From: Azolla caroliniana
Lineage: Eukaryota; Plantae; Polypodiophyta
Direction of reading: 5' to 3'
DNA: 64,000 nt
Assembly: GCA_043228905.1 (NCBI GenBank)
Contig: JBHGNT010000006.1
Location: 13,268,001 to 13,332,000 of the forward strand
The number at the start of each line of letters is the position of its first letter. The stretch's first letter is position 1. Both the position numbers and the translations under genes were made by a program. Positions 25,601-38,111 of this stretch are shown piece by piece. The notes under the pieces were generated by a model that was not told the DNA's origin, did no database searches, and worked only from the letters and a program-made list of their open reading frames with translations.

Positions 25601-28600
25601 CAAAGCCAAGGTTCTCAATCCTAGATCCTTGATTACAATTTGAGTTATTTTTTAGCTAAATCTATGCATGTTAAACACTATAACCCTTTCATCTCTTTCA
25701 AGAGTGTGTTGTTCACCTCCCAATCTTCTTTTATCGAGAGTAGAAGGTCCTTAAAGACATCTATGTTAACTAAAAACATGGTGTCAAGGTCTCTAAGTTG
25801 AATATATCCAATTATGGAGTATAGAAGTCAAAGATCAAGATGGTTTGCTTCTTCAATAATGTGCGGACTTGGCTAGCTGACATTGATAAAGTAGAGAACC
25901 AAGCAGTTTTTGGTGGAGGGTGGGAGCTCCAGACCTACACTATCTTTCAACTTTATTATCTCTCCTTTACATTCTCTCTCTTCCTAGATTCTTCTCTCTT
26001 TAGAGTCTGCAACTGTTTAGATTCCTTCTCTCTTCCACTCTTCCAAGATTATTCCCCTCTTATTCCTAATTTATTGTACCTGTTTGGTAGTACAAGTCAC
26101 TTAACTACCAAACAACCACGTTCCCCAATTTTGTATAAGTAGGTTACCCCAACCTCTTTTGCAAGAACTTTATTTTTGCTGCTACTTACAAACAGGCTCT
26201 GTTCTTTGCCTATGTCTCTACTTTTTGCAACTATTTTGCTACTGCTGTCTAACATGAAGGGCAGCACGAGGATTAGGGTTTAGGTCAACCAGAGAGAGAG
26301 AGAATTTGAGTGAGAGACAAAGGGAGAGAGAGAGAGAGAGAGAGATGCATGTTGTCTTGGGTACAAAGAGTGTACCACTTTTGTTGGTTTTTAGATATAT
26401 ATATATATATATGTATATACAAGTCAAAATGTGCTACAATTGCGTTCACACCCGTGCACCAATAAAAGACACGATGGCCCTTTATTCCCAACAACCTCCC
26501 ACCTAAAGGCAATATGCCATGAGAAAAAAAACGAAAGTCAGCTAAGTCCAAGTATGTACAAAGCTGAACTACATACATCTATCCAACTCCCATCATCTGT
26601 CAGCAATGAGTAAATCGCTCAGCTGGAAGACCCTTCGTGAGAAGATCTGCAGGATTATCATTTGTATGTACTTTGACAAGCTCAATGTTCTTGCTGTCAA
26701 GTACATCTCTGATGAAGTGATACTTCACCTGTATGTGCTTCATCTTTACATGAAAGATGGGATTCTGACGTAGCATGATAGTAGTCTGACTGTCACAATG
26801 AAGAATAGGTAACTCTGTAATGCCAAGATCTCTCACTAGATATGAAAGCCATAAATAAAGCCTCCTTGCATGCCTCAGTGGCAGCAACATACTCTGCCTC
26901 TGTAGTAGACAATGCAACACACTTCTGTAGCCTGGAGAGCCAAGAGACCGCTCCTCCTGTGAAAGTAAACACATACCCAGATGTAGACTTTCTACAGTCC
27001 GCGTGACCAGCATAGTCCGCATCCGTAAAACCAACAAATGCCTTCTGCTTTCCAAAGCAAGTGCACAAGTCCTTTGTGCCTTTGAGGTATCTCATAACAC
27101 CTTTCACCACTTCCCAATGCTTTTTGCGGGGATTTGCTATGTACCTACTAACCACTCCCACTGCAAAAGCAATATCAGGGCGTGCAGCAACCATCGCATA
27201 TATCAAACTGCCAACGGCTGAGGCATATGGAACCTTAGCCATTTCAGCCTTCTCTTCATCAAATGAAGGGCTTTCTTCTGCACTGAGTTTCAAATATGGA
27301 GGCAATGGAACCCCAATTGTTCCCCCCCCCTCCATATTGAAACACTGCAAAACCTTAGAGATATACTCCTGCTGAGATAGGAGTACCCCTTTCGACCGGT
27401 TTCAGAGTATTCGCATGCCAAGGATGTTATTTGCATCACCAAGATCCTTTATATCAAAGCTGTCATGAAGGCTTTGCTTCAATGAATCCAAGGCATGAAT
27501 ATCCTGGCCAGCAATCAACATATCATCAACATACAAAACCAAGATAATCAGGCTGCCATCTCTTGCCTTCTTGGTATACAAGCAGTAGTACACTTGACTT
27601 CTACGAAAACCTTGAGACTGCATAAATGTATCAAATTTATGATACCATTCTCTTGGTGCTTGTTTCAACCCATACAAACTCCTTTTGAGCTTCCAAACCA
27701 TCTTCTCTTTGCATTTAGCCACAAAACCTTCAGACTGCTGCATATATATGTCTTCATGCAGATCACCATGTAAAAAGGCGGTCTTCACATCCATCTGTAT
27801 GAGCTCCATATCTTCAGCTGCAACTAAGCCCAAAATGGTTCTTAATGTAGTCATCTTGACTACAGGAGAGAAGATCTCATCAAAATCAACTCCATATTCC
27901 TGCTTGTATCCTTTTGCAACCAATCTTGCTTTGAACTTTGGCGAGGAATAAGAAATGACCTTCATTTTATAAACCCATTTGCATGGAAGGGTTTTCTGCC
28001 CTATAGGCAACTGCACCAAATCCCAAGTGTCATTTTCTCAAGAGATTCCATCTCTGACAACATGGCTTTATAACATTACTTGTTGTCCTGTCTAACCATT
28101 GCTTCCTTGAAGCAAGAGGGTTCGCCACAATCAGTCACCATGACATAATCAGCCAAACTGTTTGCATCAGGAACAAATCTGTCAGGCTGTCTAGTAACTC
28201 TAGATGATCTCCTAACCCAATGCTCATTGTTTGGTAGCTGTTGATCCTCCAAATTATCATTTTCAACTTGCTGTCCAGGCATTTCAGCCTGCAAATCCTG
28301 CACATTTGGTGGCTCATCATTATGGGCAAAGGCTGACTGATCATTTCCAGCCTCATTTTCTGCATTTGCTGGTAATTTTACAGCAGGTGTTTGCTGCTGT
28401 ACAGCAGACACATTTTTCTGTCTAAAAGGTATTTCTTCTCTGAATACAATCTTACGTAATTCCTCAGTCTTTTCGGGTTGTTTATGCATGCGATTTGATG
28501 CGGAATGGGTACAAGCAAATACTGTGGAAAACAGAAATGAAAGTACACAAGATATTAACGTGGAAAATCCCTAAATCAGGTAAAAACCACGGCTGCCCAC

Positions 28601-31600
28601 AGACACCGAACCAATCCACTATGAGAAAAATACAACAAGACAAACACTCAAGCACCGACCTGAGTTTGTACTCCTCGCCAACAGGCGGTTACAACAGAGA
28701 CACTCTCTATATCTCTCACTCGCTCTCGCTCGTGCTTCGTCTATTCTGCTGTAGAGGCAACAACCTCGCACGCGATGTACACAGTTACACAAACACACTC
28801 AACTCAGCAATGAACAAGACGACTCAACTCTATCTCACACTCTCTTTGTTTTTCCTCACACTACATAAAGTTTGCCCTAGTTATCTTTATACTTAGATAA
28901 CTTTCGGGCTATTTACATAACTAGCCTAAGCAAGCTCAACTCGAGAAAAAACCATTTACATTTTCCGGATACTCATCCAGACTTCATCCAGTTTCCGACC
29001 AGGTGTAGCATTTTCTTTTATCCTGAATTCGGCCCATCCGAAAGGGACCTAATTCTCAAAAACCTTCCTTTCACTTTGGATGGGGCTCCCCTAGTCCAAC
29101 CTAACTCCACTAAGTCCCATAGTCGATAGACGAATTCATCATCTCCGTCGCTGAGAAATACGCATGGCCAAGATTTTGGATCCAATTTTCCTCTTTGATC
29201 CTTAACCACATGCATGTAGGCAGAACAGCCAAACACCATCAAGTGTCGGTATGACACGTCTTTGCCGGTCCACATCCTTTGCAGAACATCTCCATCCAAG
29301 GGTGTTGAGGGTGATCTATTTATCACGTACACCGTTGTCATCAGCATCTTAGCCCAGAACGTCTTGGACAATTTCGCATGTGCTAACATACTTCGGACCC
29401 TCTCCATGAAGGTCCGGTTCATCCTCTCGAGCAGCCCGTTAAGTTCTGGCGTCTCTGGCACAGTGTAACCCGAGTCGGATTCCCTTTGCCCAACAGTACT
29501 GTTCAAACTGTCCTCAGTATTCTCAACCGTTGTCGGCTCGAACTACTTTCAATCGTCGACCGGTCTCTCGTTTTACTCTCACTTGGAACTCTCTAAAGAC
29601 CGACAATACCTAGTCCTTGGTCTCCAAGGCAGAAGCCCGCAACTTCCGACTGCAATCATCAATGAAGGTCACAAAGTATTGTGAACCAGCATGCAACTTG
29701 GTGTCGACATAACATACGTCGGTATGTACGAGTTCCAGCGGCATTCTCTTCCTAGTCAAGGTTCAGGTCAGAAAAGAGGTCATGTTCTACTTGCCGGCTA
29801 AGCAGTCGGTGTGCACTTCTCCAGTTGCACGTTCTTCACCTCCGGAATGAGGTCTTCTTTGGCAAGTCTTCGCATTCCCTTCTCACTCATGTGGCACAAC
29901 CTCTTGTGCCACAACTCACCGACACTATCAGCGTTGGCTACCACATTCGCTTCTGACCGACATATATGAGTGTTCATTAAGTACAGTGTGCTCGTCTTCC
30001 GGGCTCGGGCCACTTTCAAGCTCCCTTTGCTGAACTTCATGACTCCGTTTCAGATGCGACCCATGTAGCCTTCATCATCCAGCCGACCGGCTGATATCAA
30101 GTTTAGTCGAACCTCCGAAACGTGTCAGACATCCTTTAGTACCAGTCAACGTTACCAAGCACACATCTCCGATGCCAACAATTCGGCATGCACCTTCATT
30201 TCCCATCCTTACAAAGCTGTGGTCTCCCGCCTTGTATGATGAGAAGCACTTTCTATTGGGGGTTAGGTGAAACGACACACCCGAATCGACTACCCATGTC
30301 GATTCATCGTCGACAAGGTTCAATTCGTTCTACTCACTTATGAGTAGTAGTTCCTCCTCACTTGTCGCGATTGCCAACGTTCCTTTTCGTTCCAAACTCT
30401 TCTTCAAGTCGGCATTGTCAGCTCCCCCTTCTCCTTTCGGAAGTATCGGCAATTCTTCTGGAAGTGCCCCGATTTTCCACAGTAAAAACACATTGGCCTT
30501 CCCCTCGAGTTCAACCTCGTCCCCGACTACTCTCAGTTCTGGGGACTCCGATTGCGGCCTCTCCCTCTATGTGTATCACTTTCCGTGACTAGGGCCTTCG
30601 AGTCGGAAATTGCCTCCTTGTCCTTCCAACGAGCTTCCTCATTCAGCAAGTTTGACTTCACCTTCTCTAGGGTTAGATGCTTCCCTTCCGGTCCAGCAAG
30701 TCCCAATGTGACTAGTGTCTCCCAACTATCCAGAAGAGATCCCAACAATAGAACTGCTAATACCTCATCAGTTAGAGGTACTTCTAGAGAGGTGGTTTGA
30801 TTTATGAGTCCTTGGACGGCGTTCAGGTGCTCTGCCATACTGGAGCCATCCTGATACCTGAGTCTCACGATCTTTTTGAAGACTGAGACTCTATTAACGG
30901 CATTTTTGTTCTCAAACATTATGCCGATCTTCTCCCAAAGGACATCTACCTTGTTCTCATCATCAAAGTTGTTGTATAGACTCATGTCTATAAAGCACCT
31001 GATGTATGCAATGGCCTTTAGATGCAACACTTCCCAGGTCGATGCATCAATCTTGTTCGGCCTTTTACAAGCATATCTCATGTTCGACTTTCACATTGAG
31101 TAGTTGGAGCCGGTTAGCTTGAACATACCCACAAATGAATCTTTCATTTTTTTTGAACTTAGCTCAGATACCAGTTTGATGAGAAAACGGGAACTCGGCC
31201 ACAACCGAGTCAAATGCAGAATGGGTACAAGCAAATACTAAGGGAAACAGAAATGAAAGTACACAAGATATTAACGTGGAAAACCCCTAAATCGGGTAAA
31301 AACCACAGCTGCCCACAAACACCGAACCAATCCACTATGAGAGAAAAATACAACAAGATACACTCAAGCACCAACCTGTTCGTACTCCTCGCCAACAGGC
31401 AGTTACAATAGAGACACTATCTATATCTCTCACTCGCTCTCGTTGGTGCTTCGTCTGTTCTACTGTAGAGGCAATGACCTCGCACGCGTTGTACACAGTT
31501 ACACAGACACACTCAACTCAGCAATGAACAAGATGACTCAACTCTATCTCACACTCTCTCTCTGTTTTTCCTCACACTACATAAAGTTTGCCCTAGTTAT

Positions 31601-34049
31601 CTTTATACCTAGATAACTTTCGGGCTATTTACATAACTAGCCTAAGCAGGTTCGACTCAAGAAAAAACCATTTACATTTTCCAGATACTCATCCGGACTT
31701 CATCTGGTTTCCGACCAGGTGTAGCATTTTCCTTTATCCTGAATTCGGCCCATCCAAAAGGGACCTAATTCTCAACACGATTTCCCGGAAGATAACATCA
31801 TTGCTGCATACTATTTTTCTTTTCTCAGGATCCCACAATCTATACCCCATTTCACCCTCGTCACCATATCCTCGGAAAATACATTTGCAGAACTTTGGCT
31901 CAAGTTTGTTGCGTTCTTCTTTACGAATGTGCACAAAAGCCTCACAGCCAAACACTCTCAAATGAGCATATGAAGGTTGCTTTCCCAACCACGCTTCTTC
32001 AGGTATTCCCCCTCCCAAAGACCTGTTAGGTGACCGATTAATCAAGTGAACAGCTGTCATAACAGCCTCTACCCAAAAAAACACAGCATGAGACAACATA
32101 GTAGGGACCCCATCTTGAATAGTCCAATTCATACGCTCCAAAACTCCATTTTGGGGTGGATTATAAGGGGCCGTGAGTTCCCCCTTTATCCCTTTGCTGT
32201 CACAAAATGCTTGAAAGGCCTTGGACACATATTACCCACCATTGTCAGAGCGAAGACACTTAAGTGTCTTATCAATTTGATTCTCAACTAATGCCAAGAA
32301 TGTTCGAAACTTGTCGAGCACTTCATCCTTGCTACGAATAGAGTAAACCCATACCTTCCGTGTAGCATTATCGACGAAAGTGACTAAGTATTTCTTTCCC
32401 CCTAATGATAGCCTTGGCATCTGACATACATCTGAATTTACTAACTCAAGCGGGGAAGATTTCAACGAAAGAGACTTTTATGAGATGTTTGTACATGTTT
32501 ACCATAAATACAATGATCACAATGCTCAAAATCAGCATAGCGAAGACAAGGCAAGTAACCCAAACGAGCAAGTACTTTCATACCAGTTTCACTCATGTGT
32601 CGCAACCAGCCATGCCATAAAGAAACACTGGCTGCTCGGTTACGGCAACAACATGGTCACTCACACTAGATACATGGAGAGGATACAAAGTATCACTTTT
32701 ACTACCCTTGGCAATAACTCTAGATCCCTTACAAATCTTCCATTTCCCATCACCAAAGGTGGTGTGAAAACCATCGTCATCTAGCTGTCCTGTGCTAATC
32801 AAGCTCTTCTTGAGCTGAGGTACATGCCGTACATGCTGAAGTGTGAAAGCATGACCATGCTGAAACTGTTATTGCACAGTCCAATACCTGCAATTTCACA
32901 TGCATAGTTGTCCCCAAGATGGACAACACCATGTTGACCCCCTGTGTAATTTGAAAACCTCTCACGATGAGGGGTGCCATGAAAAGAAGCACTGGAATCG
33001 AGTATCCAAGTGTGCATGTCACCATCCGTATCTACAAGTAAAGCATGTTCTCTATGGCATGAAGAGACAAAGAGTACATTTCCACTATCACTGTCATGAG
33101 TGACTACATTCACCTCTTCAATTTTAGCATTGCTTTTCCTTGGTTGAATGTCTCTCTTCTCTTCTATGCAATCATCTGTCTTCTTGCCCTTTCCTTTCTC
33201 TTTCTTCCATTTGAAACAATCGCGTTTAAAGTGACCCTTTTTGCCACAATGATGGCATTCTACATCTTTACCACGTGATTTACTGCAGCCATAACTATCA
33301 AATTTGCTTCTCTGTTGTGACCTACCCCTAGTATGCAACACACTAGAGGACTTATTGGATGCATTGTTCTGCTGACTCATGATTGCAATTCTTAGCCCAA
33401 AACTTAAGCAAAAAAAACCAAGCCTAGACTCTCACAGAAGTGAACTATAGTACAAACAAGTACCAACCAACGATATATAGCCACATTGAAAAAATAGAAA
33501 ATTTCAGATCTCGAGATAAATTTTCAGAGGCAATATCTGTTGTACATGCACTATACAACACCCACGGGCAAAAAAAAAATTGATCCACACTGTCAAAGCC
33601 TACAAGATGTTTCTATTGTACGCGGTCAAAATGTGACCTGCTTTGCAGAAAAAAGACTTGCTCTGCAAAAAACGTGACCTGCTCTGCAGAAAAAATGACC
33701 TGCTCTGCAAAAAAACGTCACCGACTCTAACCTGCAGAAAAACATGAGCTGCTCTATAGAAAAAGAATGACCTGCTCTGCGGAAAAAAAACGTGACCTGC
33801 TCTAACCTACCTCACTCTGATACTAGTTTGACCTGCTCTACAGAAAAAGAATGAACTGCTCTATGAAAAAAAAACGTGACCTAATCTAACCTGCTTCGCT
33901 CTGATACGAGTTTGAAGGGCAGCACAAGGATTAAGGTTTAGGTCAACCAGAGAGACAGAGTCTGAGTGAGACAAAGGGAGAGAGAGAGAGAGAGATGCAC
34001 GTTGTATTGGATACAAAGAGTGTACCACTTTTTTTGGTTTTTAGATATA

Positions 34050-34085
<36 letters not shown>

Positions 34086-37000
34086 TATACAAGTCAAAAT
34101 GTGCTACGAGTGCGTTCACACCCATGCACTAATAAAAGGCACAATGGCCCTTTATTCCCAACATAACAGCCTTCTCACAACTATGTCTATTTTTCTTCCA
34201 ACGGTTCCACTGCTGCTATTAACAGCTTTTCTCATAGTTTCAAGGATTGGAAAGTTATCATGAAAACTTTAGAGAATCTCAAAGTGTCTATTTTAAGGGA
34301 GGAGAGTTCACCCCCAACAAATGCAACAACTTCTCAAGGATCAAGAAAGATGTTGTAAATCAACATGTTTAGTCGTCAAATCCATTGTGATTCCACAAAG
34401 TGACTTGTGGTACAACTCCATTATGATTTCTCATTGAATTTTCTACCATTATTGGAAGATGCCCTCTGTATCTTTCTAGTGAAGATTTGCAGCTTGAGTA
34501 TTTCCTATCTACAGACAATGCAACTGCTACGTGGCTGCCCAATTACAGTTATTGTCTGTTGGACAACCCCCACTGCTTTGAGAATGATTGTGGCATTTAT
34601 TACCAAGAAGTTGGTTGCTAGAAAAGTCAGCTAATTAGGGGCATTTCGTGCCCATATTAGTTGTGGCTAGAAGATAAGGAGTTTCAATATTTTTTATTTA
34701 ACAATTTTCGAATGTTTTACCTTTCCATTTTCAAAGTGGCTTTATCTCATTTTCTGCACTTCCCATTCTTTTTGCATCTGAGATTGCATTGCATCTATTT
34801 TTTATTCCTGTCTACTTGTCACAAGGCATCATCTTGACTATCGTCTACATCCAAGTCCATATGCACCTTAAATACTTTTGTTGTTTTTTTAGCATAATTA
34901 GAATGGCCCCTTCTCTTCCTCCTCTTTGTTGGGATTGACGACCCTTTAGGTTTCTCCAATTAAACTAGAAAAATATTTGTATATTGTTTAATATTTCCTA
35001 ATTTTTGTTACGAGTTGTATAGTTTCGTTTTCAGAACTGGACTACAGCTAATAAATGAATATTTTGTACATTGAATGGAATCCTTGGACAAGATTCCCAC
35101 TCACCATTAAATAGGTACTTATGAAGCCATGATTTAGTTGTCCCATCAACATTTAAAGCTCTTCTTCTAGTAGCATATTCTAGGCATCTTGAATAGCAGA
35201 TATATATGTGTGCAGTCCTACCTTGTATATTCTTTCAAAAGTGGTGAACTTCTAATCTCTCCTATGTGTTAAACCCCATAACTGTTTTTAGTTTCTATAT
35301 CTCTGCCTTTAGATATTTCAGAGAACTGTCATTCTATCTTCTACTTCTTTACAATCTTTTCTACTTCTCCCATACATCTTTGAAGGGTCCATTCATTAAT
35401 TGTTCAAATCCATAGATCCAGAGATTCCAGATTCCAGATTTCCGCAACCCGAAGGGACTTGCATGGCATCGGTAGCATAGGAATTGATTATGTATGCCTG
35501 TAAAGATGGGGGCAATGGTCTTCACAGCAGTTGCATGAAAAGAAGCCTAAGCCAAGCATTTCATGCCAACAGAAACACAGAAACGATAATACAAACTTCG
35601 AGCCTAAACAGATGGGCACAAATGGCAGCCACAGTGGTTATGGGCATAGTTGAACAAACAAGCATTACACAGAAACGATAATACAAACTTCGAGCCTAAA
35701 CAGATGGGCACAAATGGCAGCCACAGTGGTTATGGGCATAGTTGAACAAACAAGCATTACACAGAAATGATAATACAAACTTCGATCCTAAACAGATGGG
35801 CACACATGGCAACCACAGTGATTATGGGCATAGTTGAACAAACAAGCATTTCAAGCCGGTTGAAATACAAAAAAGAGAGCACACAATCAGGACACTTACT
35901 AAAAAGGCCTTAGTATTTTATTTTTCTTTGTGCATACTTACTAATAAAAACGTTTCATTAAAATGGCCGATACTTTGCAAATAACTGGCAGATTATAAAC
36001 AGAATAAAATAAAGTACAAAGGGCAAACTATAACTCTCACATTAGTTATACATACATTTAATATAGCTACACAAGGTATATTATTACAAAATATATTAGA
36101 TATATTATATATCTTATGAAATACCAGGCAGATTATAATTTTTGCAGGCATGGCTCAATATCCAGACCCTTTTTAATCATATGAATCATATATAGATGTA
36201 TTTAGGAGTATAAATACAGGTACATGTGAAGCTAAAAAAAAAATTATTTTTAAAACAAAGAAATTAGAGCAGTGTTTCTTGCTTTCATTTTCATTTTTTC
36301 GGAGTGTTTCTCAACTACAGATGTGTGACCTTGAGAGTGATGTGTGTTTGTTTAGGAGGGTTGACAATAAAACCATACGGTAATAGGTCAAGAAGATGGA
36401 CCGAGTTTGAGTCGTTTTAATACTCTGGCTTTGTAGGGTTTCAAAAAGTCCCAAGTATCCTGAACTGATTTTGTTCTGATCACTATGCAAATCTCTACTT
36501 GGAAAATTTATAGATCGACTGTACTTGAGTCGTTCATCTACCAACTGTCAAGGTAGGGTTTCTCAAAGTTGTCTGTCTTACTTGACTTTGTTTTAATCAC
36601 TCAGCAATTCTCTATTGGGGAGTCCAATCTATATTAGAGTGGAGATAGTGCATATATAACATGTGGCTGAAAACCATCCCTTCATTTGGCATAACAACTT
36701 GTTGATCTAATTTACTTAAAGTCAACCTTGAATATCTTTATTTTGGAAGCTCCCAAATTTTGTCCAGAAAACTGCCTTCATGACTTACAAGCATTGTCAA
36801 CAACTCAGCACATACTTCTCATAAATTAGCAAACTTTACGATTTACCATCCAGGACCTCATAGACACTAACGCTATTTCTAAATCTTTCCACCAGTTCAC
36901 CTTATATATAGGAGGTTCTCAAACACCAACATCATAGAAAAGAGTCGGTGTGACATGTTATTGCTATAGCCCACAATAACTGGCCCTTTCTCATGCTGCC

Positions 37001-37814
37001 AAGGGTGTTTTTTGTAAATTTGTCGTTACAATGCACTAGAGCATGTGGCAATCCTAATGAAATTTTTAATGCTGTTTGATAAGCCAGGTAACGCTCCACC
37101 CTAAATACTTACACTACTTCTGAATAGTCGGAGATAAATCATCCTTAAAATGTAAGGCATACCTTGAGATCGAGGCATATCATTTTCATTAGTTTGCTCA
37201 ATTATCTATCTAAATGCACAATTTTCACCCTTATGAATCCGTATGCATTTCTTTCCCTTGTATGGGTGCACAATTTTCACCCTTGTGAATCCGTATGCAT
37301 TTCTTCCCCTTGTAGAGGTGACATATAATGATGTGCAACCATATTAAATATTAAATATCCAAGAAAAATAAGTCCACAATGTAACCTGTCCATGAAGCAA
37401 ATCTCCAGAGGTGGAGTAGAAGAGAACAGAGCCATGGGAAGTCCCTAGGGCGAGAGCTGGGAAAGTCGGGAAAGCAAGCCACTGCAGAGCAGTAATTGCA
37501 AGGTGTTGCTGACGCTGCTGCTCCTCTGCAGCTCTTCCCTGTGGAGTGGGCAGGCGGAGCAGGACGGGAGGCGGAGCATCAACAACGTCATCGGGCCCCT
37601 CCCAGCTCACGATGAGAGCATGGGCGCCCTTGGCAAAGGAGAGGAGGGAGCGATGGCGATGGTGATGGGGCATGGACATGGACATGGAGAGCAGGAGGCG
37701 CGGATCTTGGATCCATCCTTCTGAAGCCCCCGCACCGACACTGCTTAGATCCGACACCACGAAGCCACAGTGGCGCGTCTCCTGTGGCCTCCGCTTCTTG
37801 CCATCCAGGTTCAT
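22480..37814 (-). CDS. RAB3GAP2: Rab3 GTPase-activating protein non-catalytic subunit (plant type), 8 exons, ~490 aa: join(37386-37814,24251-24385,23922-24107,23782-23843,23318-23487,23044-23192,22820-22969,22480-22671)
   Basis: All seven introns GT-AG with consistent phases, 1473 nt open through TAA. Recognised motifs ITALQWL...LALGTSHG, LKDQPRKGERIVLSPNGAMAAITDSLGRILLVD...RLWKGYRDA, LCLAIHAPRRGVVEIW, ILNGDSGQLS. Confidence 0.93.
22820..22969 (-). CDS. RAB3GAP2: RAB3GAP2 exon 7
   Basis: cag|GYRDAYC...HAPRRGVVE|gt. Confidence 0.93.
23044..23192 (-). CDS. RAB3GAP2: RAB3GAP2 exon 6
   Basis: cag|ASLITCLKDQPRKGE...VIRLWK|gt. Confidence 0.93.
23318..23487 (-). CDS. RAB3GAP2: RAB3GAP2 exon 5
   Basis: cag|LSEDRS...VKPQDFGR|gt, phase 1. 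Confidence 0.88.
23782..23843 (-). CDS. RAB3GAP2: RAB3GAP2 exon 4
   Basis: cag|SSQRYFCAITVGPDCALAAH-R|gt, phase 2. Confidence 0.88.
23922..24107 (-). CDS. RAB3GAP2: RAB3GAP2 exon 3
   Basis: tag|PLLHKSLQ...ITGVMAPPLLEHQ|gt. Confidence 0.85.
24251..24385 (-). CDS. RAB3GAP2: RAB3GAP2 exon 2
   Basis: cag|IFQASPVLQLQVRG...DASDLQ|gt; an alternative in-frame AG lies 9 nt downstream. Confidence 0.85.
28496..31777 (-). mobile_element. Ty1/copia element E nested in D; gag-PR-INT only (RT/RH missing); related to F
   Basis: LTRs 28496-29061 and 31177-31777; TSD CGATT; PBS ~31162-31173; gag 30533-31081; PR WVVDSGVSFH; integrase to RLWDL, then directly PPT and LTR. Confidence 0.93.
33633..33890. repeat. 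Tandem array of ~21-24-bp unit TGACCTGCTCTGCAGAAAAA(n) in the D 5' UTR
   Basis: About 11-12 degenerate copies visible. Confidence 0.9.
35575..35850. repeat. 3 x 92-bp tandem repeat (intronic)
   Basis: Units start at 35575, 35667 and 35759; near-identical. Confidence 0.95.
36660..36990 (-). pseudogene. Possible highly decayed LINE RT remnant
   Basis: Fragments resembling RP(I), (I)VDN...HE and FKVDF.K in the right order and roughly the right spacing; many indels. Confidence 0.4.
37215..37318. repeat. 2 x 52-bp tandem duplication near the intron 1 donor
   Basis: TGCACAATTTTCACCCTT..GAATCCGTATGCATTTC at 37215 and 37267. Confidence 0.9.
37386..37814 (-). CDS. RAB3GAP2: RAB3GAP2 exon 1
   Basis: ATG 37814; ends LLHGQ|GT; GC-rich. 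Confidence 0.9.
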
Positions 37815-37899
37815 GAATCCCTCCCCTCACGTCTCGTCTCTCTCCAGCAGCCTCAGCCCCAGCCCCTGCCCCAGCCTAGCCTGACCTGTACCAGCAGGC

Positions 37900-37977
37900 A
37901 TGGATGGATGGATGGATGGATGGATGGATGAGCACGCTGCCTACATACATACATACATACATACATACATACATACA
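37900..37977. repeat. (ATGG)n and (TACA)n microsatellites in the RAB3GAP2 5' region
   Basis: Directly visible, 86-163 bp upstream of the ATG. Confidence 0.95.
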
Positions 37978-38111
37978 CAATCGCCTTGCTCGTGATTCAC
38001 TACTACCAAAAATTTAAGAGCGCAAGTGAGGGAATCGCGGGCACGGACGGTGCAGGTCACAGCGCTGATGCCACGTTCGATCTCCACCATCCAATGTGGA
38101 TAAAAAGCTGC

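Larger units (their letters stand above)
26255..34163 (-). mobile_element. Ty1/copia element D (Tnt1/Tork-like) in RAB3GAP2 intron 1, gag capsid deleted
   Basis: LTRs 26255-26493 and 33913-34163; TSD TAACA; mutated iMet PBS 33898-33909; knuckle/PR 32799-33380; INT 31783-32465; RT 27402-28019 (LYVDDMLI); RH SRLQKCVALSTTEAEY 26600-27350. Confidence 0.95.

Noticed and set aside
25300-26250. Possible old TE coding remnant flanking element D (also 34170-35400)
   Set aside because: The strand bias is suggestive but I could not recover any diagnostic motif.
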